Below, piece by piece: positions 13,878 through 27,019 of a stretch of 64,000 nt of DNA. The stretch is from assembly GCF_009914755.1 (NCBI RefSeq), contig NC_060931.1. One strand, 5' to 3'. The notes under the pieces were generated by a model, which was given only the letters and a program-made list of their open reading frames with translations, was not told the DNA's origin and ran no database searches. Source of the DNA: the human T2T-CHM13v2.0 reference genome, Homo sapiens. The translations under genes were made by a program, and so were the position numbers. The first letter of the stretch is position 1; every line of letters starts with the position of its first letter.

Positions 13878-15262
13878 AAGAAAGAGAAACAATGAACAGA
13901 CCAATAATGAGTAGTGAAATTGAATCAATCATTTAAATAAAAAAATCTTCCAACAAAACAAAAAGCACAGAACCAGATGGACAGACGGACTCATAGCTGA
14001 ATTCCACCAATGCAGATAAAAGAAATAGAACCAATCTTACTGAAACTCCTTATAAAAAAAATTGAGGAAGAGGGAATCTTTCCTAATTCACGCTACAAAG
14101 CCTGTATTACCCTGATAGCGAAGCTGGCAAGAGTACAACAAAAAAGAAAATTATAGGCTAATATCCCTGATGAACATAAATGCAAAAATCCTCAACAAAA
14201 TACTAGCAAACCAAATCCAACAGCTCATCAAAAAGATAATATACCACAATCAAGTAGGTTTTGTTGTAGGTTTGCAAAGATGGTTTAACATACACAAGTC
14301 AATAATTATTATTTATTATATAAACAAAATTAAAAACAAAAACCATATGATCATCACAATAGATGAGAGAAAGCTTTCAGTAAAATTTGGCATGGGGGAA
14401 AGTTGAAAACATTCTCCCTAAGAACAGGAACAAGATAAGGATGGCCACTTTCACCACTTTTGTTCAACATAGTTCCGGAAATCCTAGCCAAAGAAATCAG
14501 TCAAAAGAAAGAAATGAAAGAGGAAGAACCAAATCAAGAACTCATTTCCATTTATAATATCTACAAACAAACGAAAATACATTTAACTAGGGAGGTGAAA
14601 GATCTCCACAAGGAGAACTACACAATATTGATGAAAGAAATCATAGAAAACACAAACATGGAAAAGCATCCCTTGTTCATGGATTAAAATAATCAATATT
14701 ATTAAAATGACCATGCTGCCCAAAGGAATCCTCAGAGTTAAAGCAATTTCTATCATACTATCGATGCCACTTTACAAAGAATTAGAAAAAAAATCCTAAA
14801 ATTCATATGGAACTAAAAATAGAGACTGCTGGCCAAAGCAATACTAAGCAAAAAGAACAAAGCTGGATGCATTACATTACCTACATTAAAATTATACTAC
14901 AAGTTAATAGTAACCAAAACAGCATAATACTGGTATAAAAATAGATACATACAGCAATAGAAGAGAACAAAAACCCACAAATAAAGCCGGATACTTATAA
15001 CCAGCTGACCTTTGACAACATCAACAAAAATATACACTAGGAAAATGACACTGTATTCAGTAAACTGTGCTGGGAATATTAGATGGCCATATGCAGATGA
15101 ATAAAACTGGACCGCTACCTTCCATTACATACAAAATTTACTCAAGATGGATTAAAGACATAACTTTAATACCTGAATCCATAAAAAATTATAGAAGGAA
15201 ACTTAAGAAAAACTCTTTGGGATATTGGCTTAGGAATGTATCACTAAATTCCCAAAAGCAAA

Positions 15263-15893
15263 TGAGAGGAGTAGTAGGCAGCCAAATGCCTAGGCAGATA
15301 GGGGCAGGTCCCCAGTGAAACTCCACCTGCAAGCCAAAGACAGTTTAAAGCCTGAAAACCAAGCTACATGTTAAATCCATGGAGCAGATTGAGAACTTGT
15401 CTTCCCATTGGGCATGCTTTTCTCTGATTGGTCCATACTCTTCCCCTATTTTACATATACCTACACTTTCCTAATTAGTTTTTCCTACATTGTCATGCCC
15501 ACCTTTGAGTGGTGTATTCACTTCAACCTTTTGTGCATACTCACAAACCAATAAGCATGCACTCCCCATCCTGAGTTTATAAAAGGCCCCAGGCCCAGCC
15601 ACACAGGGAACTTTCCCTCCTTTGGGTAGGGGGACCAACTCTGCATCCCCTCTCCACTGAAAGCTGTTTACAACACTCATTAAAATTATTCTCTGCCCTC
15701 CTCATCCTTCAATGTTCAGCATATCCTCATTCTTCTTGGATGCAATACAAGAGCTGGGAACAGCCAAACACGGTTACAAGCTATAGCACAGTCGAGCTGG
15801 GGCATGTCAGCATGGTGAAGTGAGGCCCAGGTGGTGTGTTGCTGGCCAGGGCTCCCTGGCTTGCAAATGACTGAGAAGAAAAATCCTACATCA
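15263..15893 (+). mobile_element. ERV1 solo LTR, MER61-like
   Basis: TG...CA termini and 4-bp TSD CAAA (15259-15262, 15894-15897). CCAAT box near 15549, TATAAAA near 15578, ATTAAA near 15679. Host L1 resumes after it. Confidence 0.85.
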
Positions 15894-16404
15894 CAAACAC
15901 AATAAAAAAAAAAAAAAAAAAAAGACAAACGGGACTTAAACTAAAAATCTTCTGCATAGCAAAAAAAATAATTATCAGGGCAAACAGGCAACATACACGA
16001 TGCAAGTAAATATTTGAAAAGTATTCATCCAACAAAGGGCTAATATCCAGAATCTGTAAGAAACTCAAACAACTCAATAAGAAAAAAAAACAACTCCACT
16101 AAAATTTGGGCAAAGAACGTCAACAGACATATTTCAAAAAAAGATAAAGACATACAAGTGACCATGAAACATATGAAAAAAAATGCTCAACATATCTAAT
16201 CATTGGAGAAATGCAAATAAGGCCACAGTGAGATATCATCTTACACCAGTCAGAATGGCTACTATTAAAAATTCGAACACCAACAGATGATGGTGAGGGT
16301 GTGGAGTAAAAGGAACACTTACTCACTGTTAGTGGGATTGTAAATTAGTACAACCTCTATGGAAAACAGTATGGTGACTTCTCAAAGAACTAAAACTAAA
16401 GCAA

Positions 16405-17163
16405 CCACTTATGAGTGAGAACATGCAGTATTTAACTTTCTGTTTATGAATTATTTCATTTAGGATAATGGTCTCTAGTTCCATCCATATTGCTGCAAAA
16501 AACATAATTTCCTTGTTTTATGGTCGAGTAGAATTTTGTGGTATACATACACCATATTTTCTTTATCCAGTCATCACTTTGCTGGCATGTGTCTGTATAG
16601 GAGGGTTTTGCTTTAGTTGACCTGCCAATAATCATTGATGAACACTTAGGTTGATTCCATGGCTTTGCTCTTGTGAATAGTGAATCAATTCTTGAATGCA
16701 GATGTCTTTTTGATATAATTATTTCTTTTTCTTTAGGTAGATACCCCACAGTGGAATTGTTGGACCAAATGGTAGTTCTGTTTACAGAATGTGTTTCTAC
16801 CTATTTTTTTGTAGCTTCTTCTTTTTTTTTTCTTTTTCTTTAGCCATTGTAAATGGAATTGAGTTCTTGATCTGGTTCCCAGTTTGACTGTTATCAGTGT
16901 ATATAAATGCCATTATTTTTGTTTGTTAATTTTATATCCTGAAACTTAAGTGATTTATCAAATCTAGGGTTTTTTTTTTGAAGAGTCTTCAGGTTTTTCT
17001 AAGTGTATGACTGTATTATCAGAGAATAGAGATAATCTGACTTCATATTTTTCAATTTGGATGCCTTTTATTTCTTTCTCTTGCCTATTTGCTCTGGTTA
17101 GGACTTCCAGTACTATGTTGAATAGCAGTGGTGGAAGTGGGCTTGTTTGTTTTGTTCCAGAAC
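16405..17163 (-). mobile_element. Antisense L1 (L1PB/MA-age): ORF2-end segment joined to an RT-region segment
   Basis: CCACTTATGAGTGAGAACATGCAG and GGACTTCCAGTACTATGTTGAATAG. Confidence 0.88.
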
Positions 17164-17738
17164 ATACTACTTTTATTTCTCTTTGGGTATATTCTAACTA
17201 ACTGACCCGTGTAATATAAGAACAGCCACAAATTATTTAACTGGGGTAGTGTCCTACAGCAATTCTGGATTCAAAAAGAATGAAGCATAACCTCGGAAGA
17301 GCAATTGATTTTGTAAAATATGTTTGAGCCATTTACACAAAATATCATAGAGGTAATGACAGTCTCATTAGTCATTGGAGTATATTATTTGAGGACACTA
17401 GGGTATAATTTTAAAAGTAATTGTATTCTGAATTTTGATGCACTAAATTTCATTAGAACAAAGGGGGTCATATAGTTTATCAGAATAAATGACAAATAAA
17501 TGGAAATCATTAACTACTTTAGTTTTGATTATATAAAAGTTTATAAGGATACCAATAGAAATTCCTTTTATTTGAAGGTAATATGTGGGACAAAAGAAAT
17601 GGAGAATAGCAACCATATGTGTTAAACAATAATAGAATGCAGACTTTCAGTATGAGAATTTTTTATTACCACTTACTGGGCAGTCAATAGAAGTAATTAG
17701 TAGATTATTTGTGTTGAATTGTTCATGTTCTAAATGTT

Positions 17739-17750
17739 TGTGTCTGTGTC

Positions 17751-17795
<45 letters not shown>
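17739..17795. repeat. (TG)n(AG)n compound microsatellite
   Basis: Read directly from the sequence. Confidence 0.95.
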
Positions 17796-17800
<5 letters not shown>

Positions 17801-20673
17801 CTATGACAGTCTCCATTACATACAGAAGTTAGAGGAGATTCCTATTACAGTGAAACTGTTCCAGTGTGTATGCAGAATCTATTAAGTACTTGACACTCTC
17901 GACTTTCATTGTATGATTTTGGCATTGTCTGAAGTCTGACTTCATCTGATGCTACTAAGAAAAAGAAAATAGTTTCAGTATAAGGAAGGCTCTATGATTT
18001 CTGTCCATGGGTTTTAGCTGTTGTGCTTTATCTAACGCGTACCTTTAGCCTTCATTATTTTTGCATGTCTATAGTGCAGAAATAGCTCAGAAGTACATAT
18101 CATAGCACTAGTAATCAAGCAATGCTTGCAATATGATTTTCTTGAGGCCATGGCTTGGGTAAATGGGTTCCTTCTTTTATAATTAATCAATTTTCATATA
18201 ATACAATAGTTCTGTCATTTTATCTCTCAATGTGGAGCCCAGTGTTTCCGCTGTTGCTATTTCAAAGAAAAAATGAGAACAACCCTGGTTTAGAAAAATG
18301 AGTGCCTTTTCTGCACAAGAATTCTCATTTTCTAAGTAAGCAAACCTCACCTAGCAAAAACCAATCCCTTCATTTACAGAAACCACCAGAGAATAACAAT
18401 AAAAAGGGTTGGAAGGAATGATTGGATATTTTGACATCCTACTTTATCCAGGATCCAAGATGACTAAAGATCTGACAGGAAATAAAATAGTTTTGAGAAG
18501 TTGGATAAGGTGACAAAACTGAATCCGATGATAACATTTACAGAAAGCAGCAACTTCCGTGAATGATCATTTATCAAAATGGATCAACTGAGTTTAGTGA
18601 GCATGTCCAAAATATAAAGTAATAAAACTGTTGTGAATACTTAGAAAAGTATTCCTAGAAACGAAACATGGGATTTTTGGAAATATTTTTCACTGCACTA
18701 TTTCTTTCAGCATTTTGGAATATGACTATACCAGGAAGAAATATCAATGTTGTCACTACTTTAAAAACAGTTATTCTTTTTCTTTTACATGTCAGATACC
18801 ATAGGTCTTAGAAAATATAGTTCATTTTACATTTTCCTGTGCAACTGGTGACAGTGTAGCAGTCTGTTCTGAAATTTATAAACCTTGTTTTCAGTAAGTA
18901 AGTTGTTATGCATGCATTGTATGTTCAGTATTATAAACAAACACACACACACACCATAAAACCCGTTAACTAGAAAGTTTATACTTATTCTGAAGAATAT
19001 GAAAGATAAATACATAAAGCATTTTCTTTGGGAAATATTCTGCATTGCTAAAGGATGAGTCCTCTAAATATCAATTTTTACATTTCTAGTAATGCAAATT
19101 TGTAGGTTAATGTGATTAAATAAAACTTATAGTGACTGATCATTTTTGTCTTTGCTTGTTTCAATACGTCAGGAAAAAAAAACAAAATTTGCTTAGCCCT
19201 ATTTGAAAGAATTATTTTAAACCTAAGTTAAGAAAATCAAGGCATTTCTATAATAAATTTGTAGTTTGCATAGTGGACAGTAGAATAATTATATGGAAGC
19301 AGAAATAATTACACAGAACATATGCATAGTAGTTGATAATTATTCTTGGCTCTTTGAAAACCACTATGATAGCACTCATTTACTTTTTCTTGATAGGCTT
19401 CTTTTTAAAACAATAAAAATTTTATTCCAAAACTGCTTTTAATTGACTATGATATAATGATAGCAGAAGGTAGACTCCTTCTGAATGTGCTTGCATTAAA
19501 TAAAAATGCCTCAAAAAATGAAAAGCTTTCAGGGACCACCAGAATCAAACAACTGATGGAATGAAGGGATATGATAGAAACTTAGGAACAGGGGAGTCCT
19601 GTCTATGAGCTCTTCAAATCACACTCAAATAACATCAGTTAAGATAGGTTCTGTTAGGAAATTATCTTTAGCAAGCTAGAAGTATGTGATCGAGTTGCCA
19701 AATGCCCAGATCATTTAGAGAATAAATAAACCACCTTATTTACATTGTATGAGAAAAAAACTTTATAAATACTTGATGTATAAAGTATGCCCACATTTGT
19801 TTTTACCTCAAAAAATTAAAATGATGTGATCCTTGACATCTGAGCTTCAAAGATGGGAGCAGATCTGATATCAATCTGCTCCAGTGGAGAGCTTGACCTA
19901 AGGCAAAGGAGACACGTGCTGCCTCTTCAGAGCTTTTGGCAAAACTGCATGAGATCTTCTGTGGTCTTCAGAAGGATCCTGAGAGACATTTGAGTGGCTA
20001 TGAAGGACTATAGAGATTAAACAAAAAAAAAATCAGGAACCTTAACAAACATTAAGAGAAAAAAATTAAAATATCAGTGATGGCAAAGAAGGAATTGTTT
20101 CAGTAATCCTATGAATGGCAAGTTTCAAAACAAACAGAGACAGAGAGATCTTGATGTGCAAATGGCATGCACATCCTTGATGTCAGCTGGAGGCGGTAAA
20201 GCCAGTAAGAAGTATGGCAAGAAGAGGAAACAACTATATAGATGGGCTTCAGGCTCAAATGCTGTGCTGTTAGGCTGAGTCAGTCTCTCAGATAACTTTG
20301 AGGTCTAATCAGCAAGCCATAGAAAAAGGCTGGACTCGTGCTTCACAAAAGAAATAATTCAATACCTTCCACTGTCATCTTCTGAAGATAGTCACCCTAT
20401 GGGCCTTCTTTATTAAGAATTAAGTTTCCAGCATTAAGCTGTATGCCTTTGAGTGAAATCAGGTCTCCTCATGTTATCTCTGTCCTGGCCTGAATGATGT
20501 AAAGGAGTTAAGACCAAAAGATTTCTTTTCATCCATGAGAATTCTGTTCTCAAGTTTCAGAATCTGAAAACTTACAATATAGACAGACACAGAGGACAAG
20601 GGGCAAATAGTAGAATTTCATTACATGTAAATTAGTCGTCGGGAAGGTAACAAAGGCTCTGTTAATGAATTTC

Positions 20674-20784
20674 AAGAAGAAAAAGAAGAGGAGAAGAAGA
20701 AGGTGGAGAAGAGAAAGTAGAAGAAAGGAGGAAGAGGAAGAAGAGCAGGAAGAAAGGGAAGAGGAGGAGAAAAGAGAAGGAGGT
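20674..20784. repeat. GA-rich (GAA/GAG) polypurine low-complexity tract
   Basis: About 110 bp of almost pure purine on the + strand. Confidence 0.92.
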
Positions 20785-23700
20785 AAGATTTTAGTTGTCA
20801 GAGAAAGAGTTACAAGCATGAACCAAGCACAGATGTTGGACACAGCACTGTATATCCGGAAGAAGACACAATGATTTTCTCAACTAAGAAAGGAAAGTCA
20901 AATTAGTGGGCATGACCAAGGTTTTGATCTCCATGCCATTAATAAAACACTCATTATGATTTCCTGACTAGGAAGTAGATGAGGACAAAGAAGAGCCATA
21001 GGATAATAGCTTCTCAGTGTGAATTGGGAACTTAGAGGTCAAGTTTAACCTCCTGTTAGATGTTACGTACCTATTAGAGATAAATCTTGCATCTTAGTTA
21101 TTAGAATGAAGAAAAGCCTGTGATTTATTAATATTGACTTCTTAATGAATAATTGAAAAATGATTAAACAAAAGACTATTCCTGTCTTGTTAAAGCCTCA
21201 ACTTTCATAAATTTCAGAAATACCACTGTAAAATGAGATATATTTGATCAAGTTCTGTGTCTAAATAATCAGGATTCCATTTTCAATTGATTATTTTGTT
21301 TTTTCCTGAATTTTCTTCATGAACAATTTACATATCACAACTCCAACCTAACTGATTATCCAAGAAACACCAATTCAACATTATATATGAATTAGCAGTG
21401 CTTAAGAAAGAGCACATTGCTCACTAGGCTGGATGTGTGCCTCTGCAACAAAGCCTAATTAAAGGAGAATACTGAGGCAGAACAAATCATGTAGCAGTGA
21501 CACAAAAGATAAAGCAGCACACTTAATTCTCAATATTACTTGAAATAACATGGGAATTAAATTTAAGCTCTGATTTTAGAATTTACACTTCACAGAGAAC
21601 ATAATTTTGAGCTTAATACAACCAAATATCCATAAAAACTTAATGAAACTATATTTGGGGGAAATATTCTAAAGGATACTTAATTTATCTATTTTGCTAG
21701 AGTCTTACTGTAACCACTGAAGAGGCAAAATACACAGAATTAGGTGTTGTATCTCACCATTGTTTGATTAGCTCCAACTTGCCATGTGCCATTTCCACTA
21801 CACCTTAGCCAAACACACAAATTCAAGTGCATGTACCACACACATACACTGACATACACATTCTGGTTACACTGATTTGCTCTAATTGATTGTGTTTGCT
21901 ATTGAGGACATGAAATTGCATTGGTAATTAAAGTAAATCTTGCTGCTAGAATTATTATGAAAAAGCCTTCGAAGTTAAACTCTGCATTACAATATATTCT
22001 TTATGAAGATACATGGGCAAAAATGACACTAGTATCAGGAATATTTGTACCTTTTCTAATTAATTAGTTTGTTTTTCTCTTTTGGACCCTGTGAATTAGG
22101 TAGCTGATCACCTTTCTCCCTCAGCATTGACAGAAATAAAGCTTAAGATTTACTAGTGTTCTACTGTTAGCAGATATAAAGTTGTCATGGTAGGCATTTT
22201 GTATCAGCCTTAATTCTGGCTCCATGTGGAATCTCAACCTATATTTCTTTCCTACCTAGTAATTTTCACCTATTTCTAATGTTTGGTCATCTTGCTTCAT
22301 GTTATCCACATTTTATTTACATTAAACACTTTTGTGAATTCACTTTTATCAAAAACATCTTCCACCTAAAAAAAAGATGGAAAGAAGGCAACTTTTCTAA
22401 AAATGTTTTTGTTTTATTTTGTTTTTTAATCAACCATGTATTTAGAATAAAGTTTGGAAATAATAACGCAATATTCAGTATATAGCAGTATCACTGAGAA
22501 AGACTTTGAGACAAGCAAAATACCAGTGTCATTAGAAACACATTCAAATGAAATCTTCCTATCCTTTTGTAAAGAAACTAGCTACCTAGGGAAAAGTTTC
22601 AGCCAATAAAGCACTTTTGGAATCTGATTTTCCTTAATATTCTTAAATTAAAAGTAAACATATAGATTTAATTAACATAAGGCTAGGTCTGTTTTTGATA
22701 ATTTACATAGAATTTAATAAGGGCTCAAATATTTTCTTCTATGCAAAGCCCTGATCAAATCCATAAGAAGCGTCAGTTCTCTTTCCTTCATTGTTAGTAT
22801 ACACAAGAACAAGGTATAAATGTCTTCTCCAACTGGCTTGATTTTTAAAAAGCATCGTGTAACAGAAAGTACTTGTGTATTACAGTAAATGGAAGTCTTT
22901 CAAATAACTATTATAAAAAAAATTGTATTAAGCCCAGTACTCCTCTGGGTATGTTGATAATACTGAATTTCTAGTTTCATCAGAGCTACGTTAATCACAT
23001 ACCCTGAAAGGAATTAAAACATCTGCTTAACAGTAATTTAAAAATATATTTTAAAGAAAAAAGTATAAGGATAATAATATATCAAATTGCTAAATAAAGT
23101 ATCCATGATTAATCAAAGGGACTTTCAAGATAAAGTAGGAAAATGTACTTATAACAATAATCCATCAACTAGCCCTAAGGGCTGGATACTGCAATAAATT
23201 GTCATTTGGCAGCATGTTATGTCTTCTATAGGCCACCACAGCACCATTTATAAATTTTATTATACTAAAAGACATATTTAGCACTGGTTAATCTCATATA
23301 ATGAAAGTATTTACTGTATATCTCTAAGACTTTCAACTTCCTAGCTTGACCCTTTGAAACACCCCATAGAAAACATTTTTCTATCTGACAAAAAGGAACT
23401 GTGGAGGTAATTTAATGAATTTTTGCCAGCCAAGGAGAAATGAAAGACATGATTTATAAATTTATTAATTGTCCACTTGTTGAAAAATTAGTACTGTCTG
23501 AACAAAAATTTAAAATTTGTGGCTTTGTGATTCTTTCCAAGAGAAACTTCATGGAGATATGAAGCCTGACCTTGTGGAGGCTACTTTGCTCACCCTGCAT
23601 TCTCCACCCTTGATAGAACTGAAGGATTGTATGACCCTGTGAGGCGATGTCATAAAGTCAAATTATTTCTAAAATATTACTGTTAAAATTACATGGCATC

Positions 23701-24223
23701 TATGACTCTTTAAAATTACTTTATTGAATTTTAAGCACTAGGACTTAGAAAGGAATTAGCCTACATTTTCTCTAAGACCAGCATTGAAACAAACTTTATA
23801 TACTAGAGAACCTACCAGTACTGAAATCCATGTATTTTGAGTCCTTATTTTTCCCCCAAAATTACACTTGCTTTTCGAAAGCACTAAGTCAATTTTACCT
23901 GTGTCTATCAATAATTGTTTGACCCAGCAGACAAAATTTTTGTAAAAGAACTATCCCACAGTTCAGAAAGTTGACTTCTTATTAAACATTTAATATTAAA
24001 TTCAGATGTCAGTGTTAAGATTGCAATATTGAAATACCATTACACACTTTTAGAAAATTATGAAAAAAAAGAAAAATAAATTTATCTATAAAAATGAAAT
24101 AAAGCAATCAAACAGGTAAGGGAACAAAATAAGTAACAGAGTTCAAAATTCAACAAAATGAGAAAAAAAAAGTAGTTTTCAAAAAGAATGAGATAAGCAG
24201 CTTAACTCAACTCCTTAAATCAC

Positions 24224-26467
24224 TGATATGATTTGGCTGTGTCCCCACCTAAATCTCGTCTTGAATTTCATGTGTTGTGGGAGGGACCCAATGGAAGGTA
24301 ATTGAATCATGGGGGCAGGTCTTTCCCATGCTGTTCTCATGACAGTGAATAAGTCTCACAAGATCTGATGGTTTTTAAAAAAAGGAGTTTCCCTGCACAA
24401 GCTTTTTTTCACCTGCTGCCATCCATATAAGATGAGACTTGCTCTTCCTTGCCTTCCACCATGATTGTGAGGCTTCTCCAGCCACGTGGTACTGTAAGTC
24501 CAATTAAACCTCTTTCTTTGATAAATTGTCCAGTCTCAGATATGTCTTTAATAGCAGCGTGAAAACTGACTAATACAGTAAATGTATACCAGTAGAGTGG
24601 GGCATTGCTGAAAAGATACCCAAAAATGTAGAAGTGACTTTTGAACTGGGTAATAGGCAGAGGTTGGAACAGTTTCAAGGGCTCAGAACAAGAGAGAAAA
24701 ATGTGGGAAAGTTTGGAACTTCCTAGCAACTTGTTGATTGGCTTTGACAAAAATGCTAACAGTGATGTGAACAATAAGATCCAGGCTGAGGTGGTCTCAG
24801 ATGGAGATGAGGAACTTGGGAACTAGAGCAAAGGTGAGTCTTGTTATGTTTCAGCAAAGAGATGGGCGCCATTTTCCCCTGCCCTAGAGATTTGTGGAAC
24901 TTTGAACTACAGAGAGATGATTTAGGGTATATGATGGAAGAAATTTCTAAGCAGCAAAGAATTCAAAAGATGACTTGGGTGCTGTTAAAGCCATTCAGTT
25001 TTATAAGAGAAGCAGAGCATAAACGTTTCAAACATTTTCAACCTGACAATGCAATAGAAAAGAAAATCCCATTTTCTGAGGAGACAGTCAAACCAGCTAC
25101 AGAAATTTGCATAAGTAACTAAGAGCCAAATGTTAATCCCCAAGACAATGTGGGAAAATGCCTTCATTATGTCAGAGGTCTTCATGGCAGCCCCTCCCAT
25201 CAGAGGCCCAGAGGCCCAGGGTCCCATGCTGTGTACAGTCTAGGGACTTGGGGCCCTGTGTCCCAGCTGCTGCAACCATGACTAAAAGGGGCCAAGGTAC
25301 AGCTTGGGCCATGGCTTCAAAGGATGCAAGCCCCAAGCCAGCTTCCACGTGGTGTTGAGCCTGTGGGTGCACAGAAGTCAAGAATTGAGGTTTGGGAACT
25401 TCCATCTAGATTTCACAGGATGTGTGGCAATGCCTGGATGTCCAGGCAGAAGTTTGCTGCAGGGGTGGGGCTCTCGTGGTGAACCTCTGCTAGGGCAGTG
25501 CAAAAGGGAAATGTGGGATTGGCGTCCCCACACAGAGTCCCTACTGGGGCACTGCCTAGTGGAGCTGTGGGATGAAGACCACCATCCTCCAGACCCCAGA
25601 AGGGTAGATCCACTAACAGCTTGCACCATGTGCCTGGAAAAGCCACAGACACTAAACACCAGCCCATGAAAACAACCAGGTGGGAGGCTATAACCTGCAG
25701 AGCCATAGGCGCAGAGCTGCCAAAGACTATGGGAGCCCGCCTCTTGCATCAGTGTGACCTGGATGTGAGACATGAAGTCAAAGGAGATCATTTTGGAGTT
25801 TTAAGATTTGACTACCCTGCTGGATTTCAAACTCGCATGGGGACTGTAGCCCCTTTGTGTTGGACAATTTCTCCCATTTGGAATGCCTGTATTTACACAA
25901 TGCTTGTACCCCCATTATATCTAGGAAGTAACTAACTTGCTTTTGGTTTTACAGTCTTATAGGCAGAAGAAACTTGCCTTGTCTCAGATGAGACTTTGGA
26001 CTGTGGACTTTTGAATTAATGCTGAAATGAGTTAAGACTTTGGGGGACTGTTGGGAAGCCATGATTGGTTTTGAAATGTGAGAACATGAGATTTGGAAGG
26101 TGCCAGGGGTGGAATAATATGGTTTGGTTGTGTCCCCAACCAAATCTCATCTTGAATTCCCATGTGTTGTGGGAGGGATCTGGTGGGAGGTAATTGAGTC
26201 TTGGGGGAAGGTCTTTCCCATGCTGTTCTCATGATAGTGAATAAGTGTCACAAGATCTGATGGTTTTAAGAAGGGGAGTTTCTCTGTACAAGCTTTTTTC
26301 CACCTGCTTCCATCCATGTAAGACATGATTTGTTCCTCCTTGCCTTCTGCTATGATTGTGAGGATACCCCAGTTACATGGAACTGTAAGTCCAATTAAAC
26401 CTCTTTATTGTCTAAATTGCCCAGTCTCAGGTGTGTCTTTATCACAGCATGAAAACTGACTAATGCA
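24224..26467 (+). mobile_element. Full-length THE1A element (LTR 24224-24577, internal 24578-26114, LTR 26115-26467)
   Basis: Two homologous LTRs, perfect 5-bp TSD ATCAC (24219-24223, 26468-26472), and a purine-rich tract before the 3' LTR. The short TTGAATTCCCATGTGTTG motif fits THE1A. Confidence 0.95.
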
Positions 26468-26522
26468 ATCACCCCAATTTCCCAAAGCCATATAAGTAAG
26501 ATCACAAAATTCTGAGAACTAC

Positions 26523-27019
26523 TATATTATTTTTATGTGGCTGCTGTAATAAAATATCAAAACCTTGGTGGCTTAAAACAACAGAAATTTATTCTCTCAC
26601 AGGTTTGGAGACAAAAAGTCTGAATCAAGTTATCACTAGACTGAAATCAAGGTGTCAGCAAAGCCATGCTCTCTTTGGAGGGTCTAGAGAGAATGCATCC
26701 CTTACCCTTTCCAGCATCTGGTAACTTAGCTGCTGGCATTCCTTGGCTCATAGCTGTATCACCTCAGTTTATGCTGCCATCTTCACATGTCTTCACATCT
26801 TCTCCTCTTATGTCTATGTGAACACTTCTTTGGCCTCTCTCTTATAAAGATACCTGTGATGATATTTAGGACCAATAATGATAATCCCAAACAGCATTTC
26901 CATCATTAGATTTTTAATGTAATCATCTTTGCAAAAATCCTTTTTCCAAATAAGGTAACATTTAAAGGTTCCAGGGATAGGACAGTATATCTTCCATGGG
27001 TTGTTATTCAACCTACCAT
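26523..27019 (-). mobile_element. MLT1C-like LTR
   Basis: GGTGGCTTAAAACAACAGAAATTTATTCTCTCACAG...CCAAATAAGGTAACATTT...ATTCAACCTACCA. Confidence 0.85.

Larger units (their letters stand above)
11975..16407 (+). mobile_element. L1PB/L1MA-age L1 (ORF1 end through most of ORF2), degraded, with deletions and two nested insertions
   Basis: ORF2 remnants [18 protein letters not shown] (14170) and LFNIVPEILA (14460). The endonuclease region starts near 12130. Confidence 0.92.

Noticed and set aside
14170-14687. RT-like ORFs
   Set aside because: Fragments of dead L1 ORF2 with stops, frameshifts and deletions.
20665-20874. K/R/E-rich ORF and antisense Ser/Leu-rich ORF
   Set aside because: Translations of a GA-rich simple repeat.
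22124-22189. Possible + strand exon (CCTTTCTCCCTCAG|...ATG|GTAGGC)
   Set aside because: Stops in all three frames and a mediocre donor; this is at background level.
25158-26232. Dense overlapping ORFs on both strands
   Set aside because: A by-product of the higher GC content of THE1A-int.
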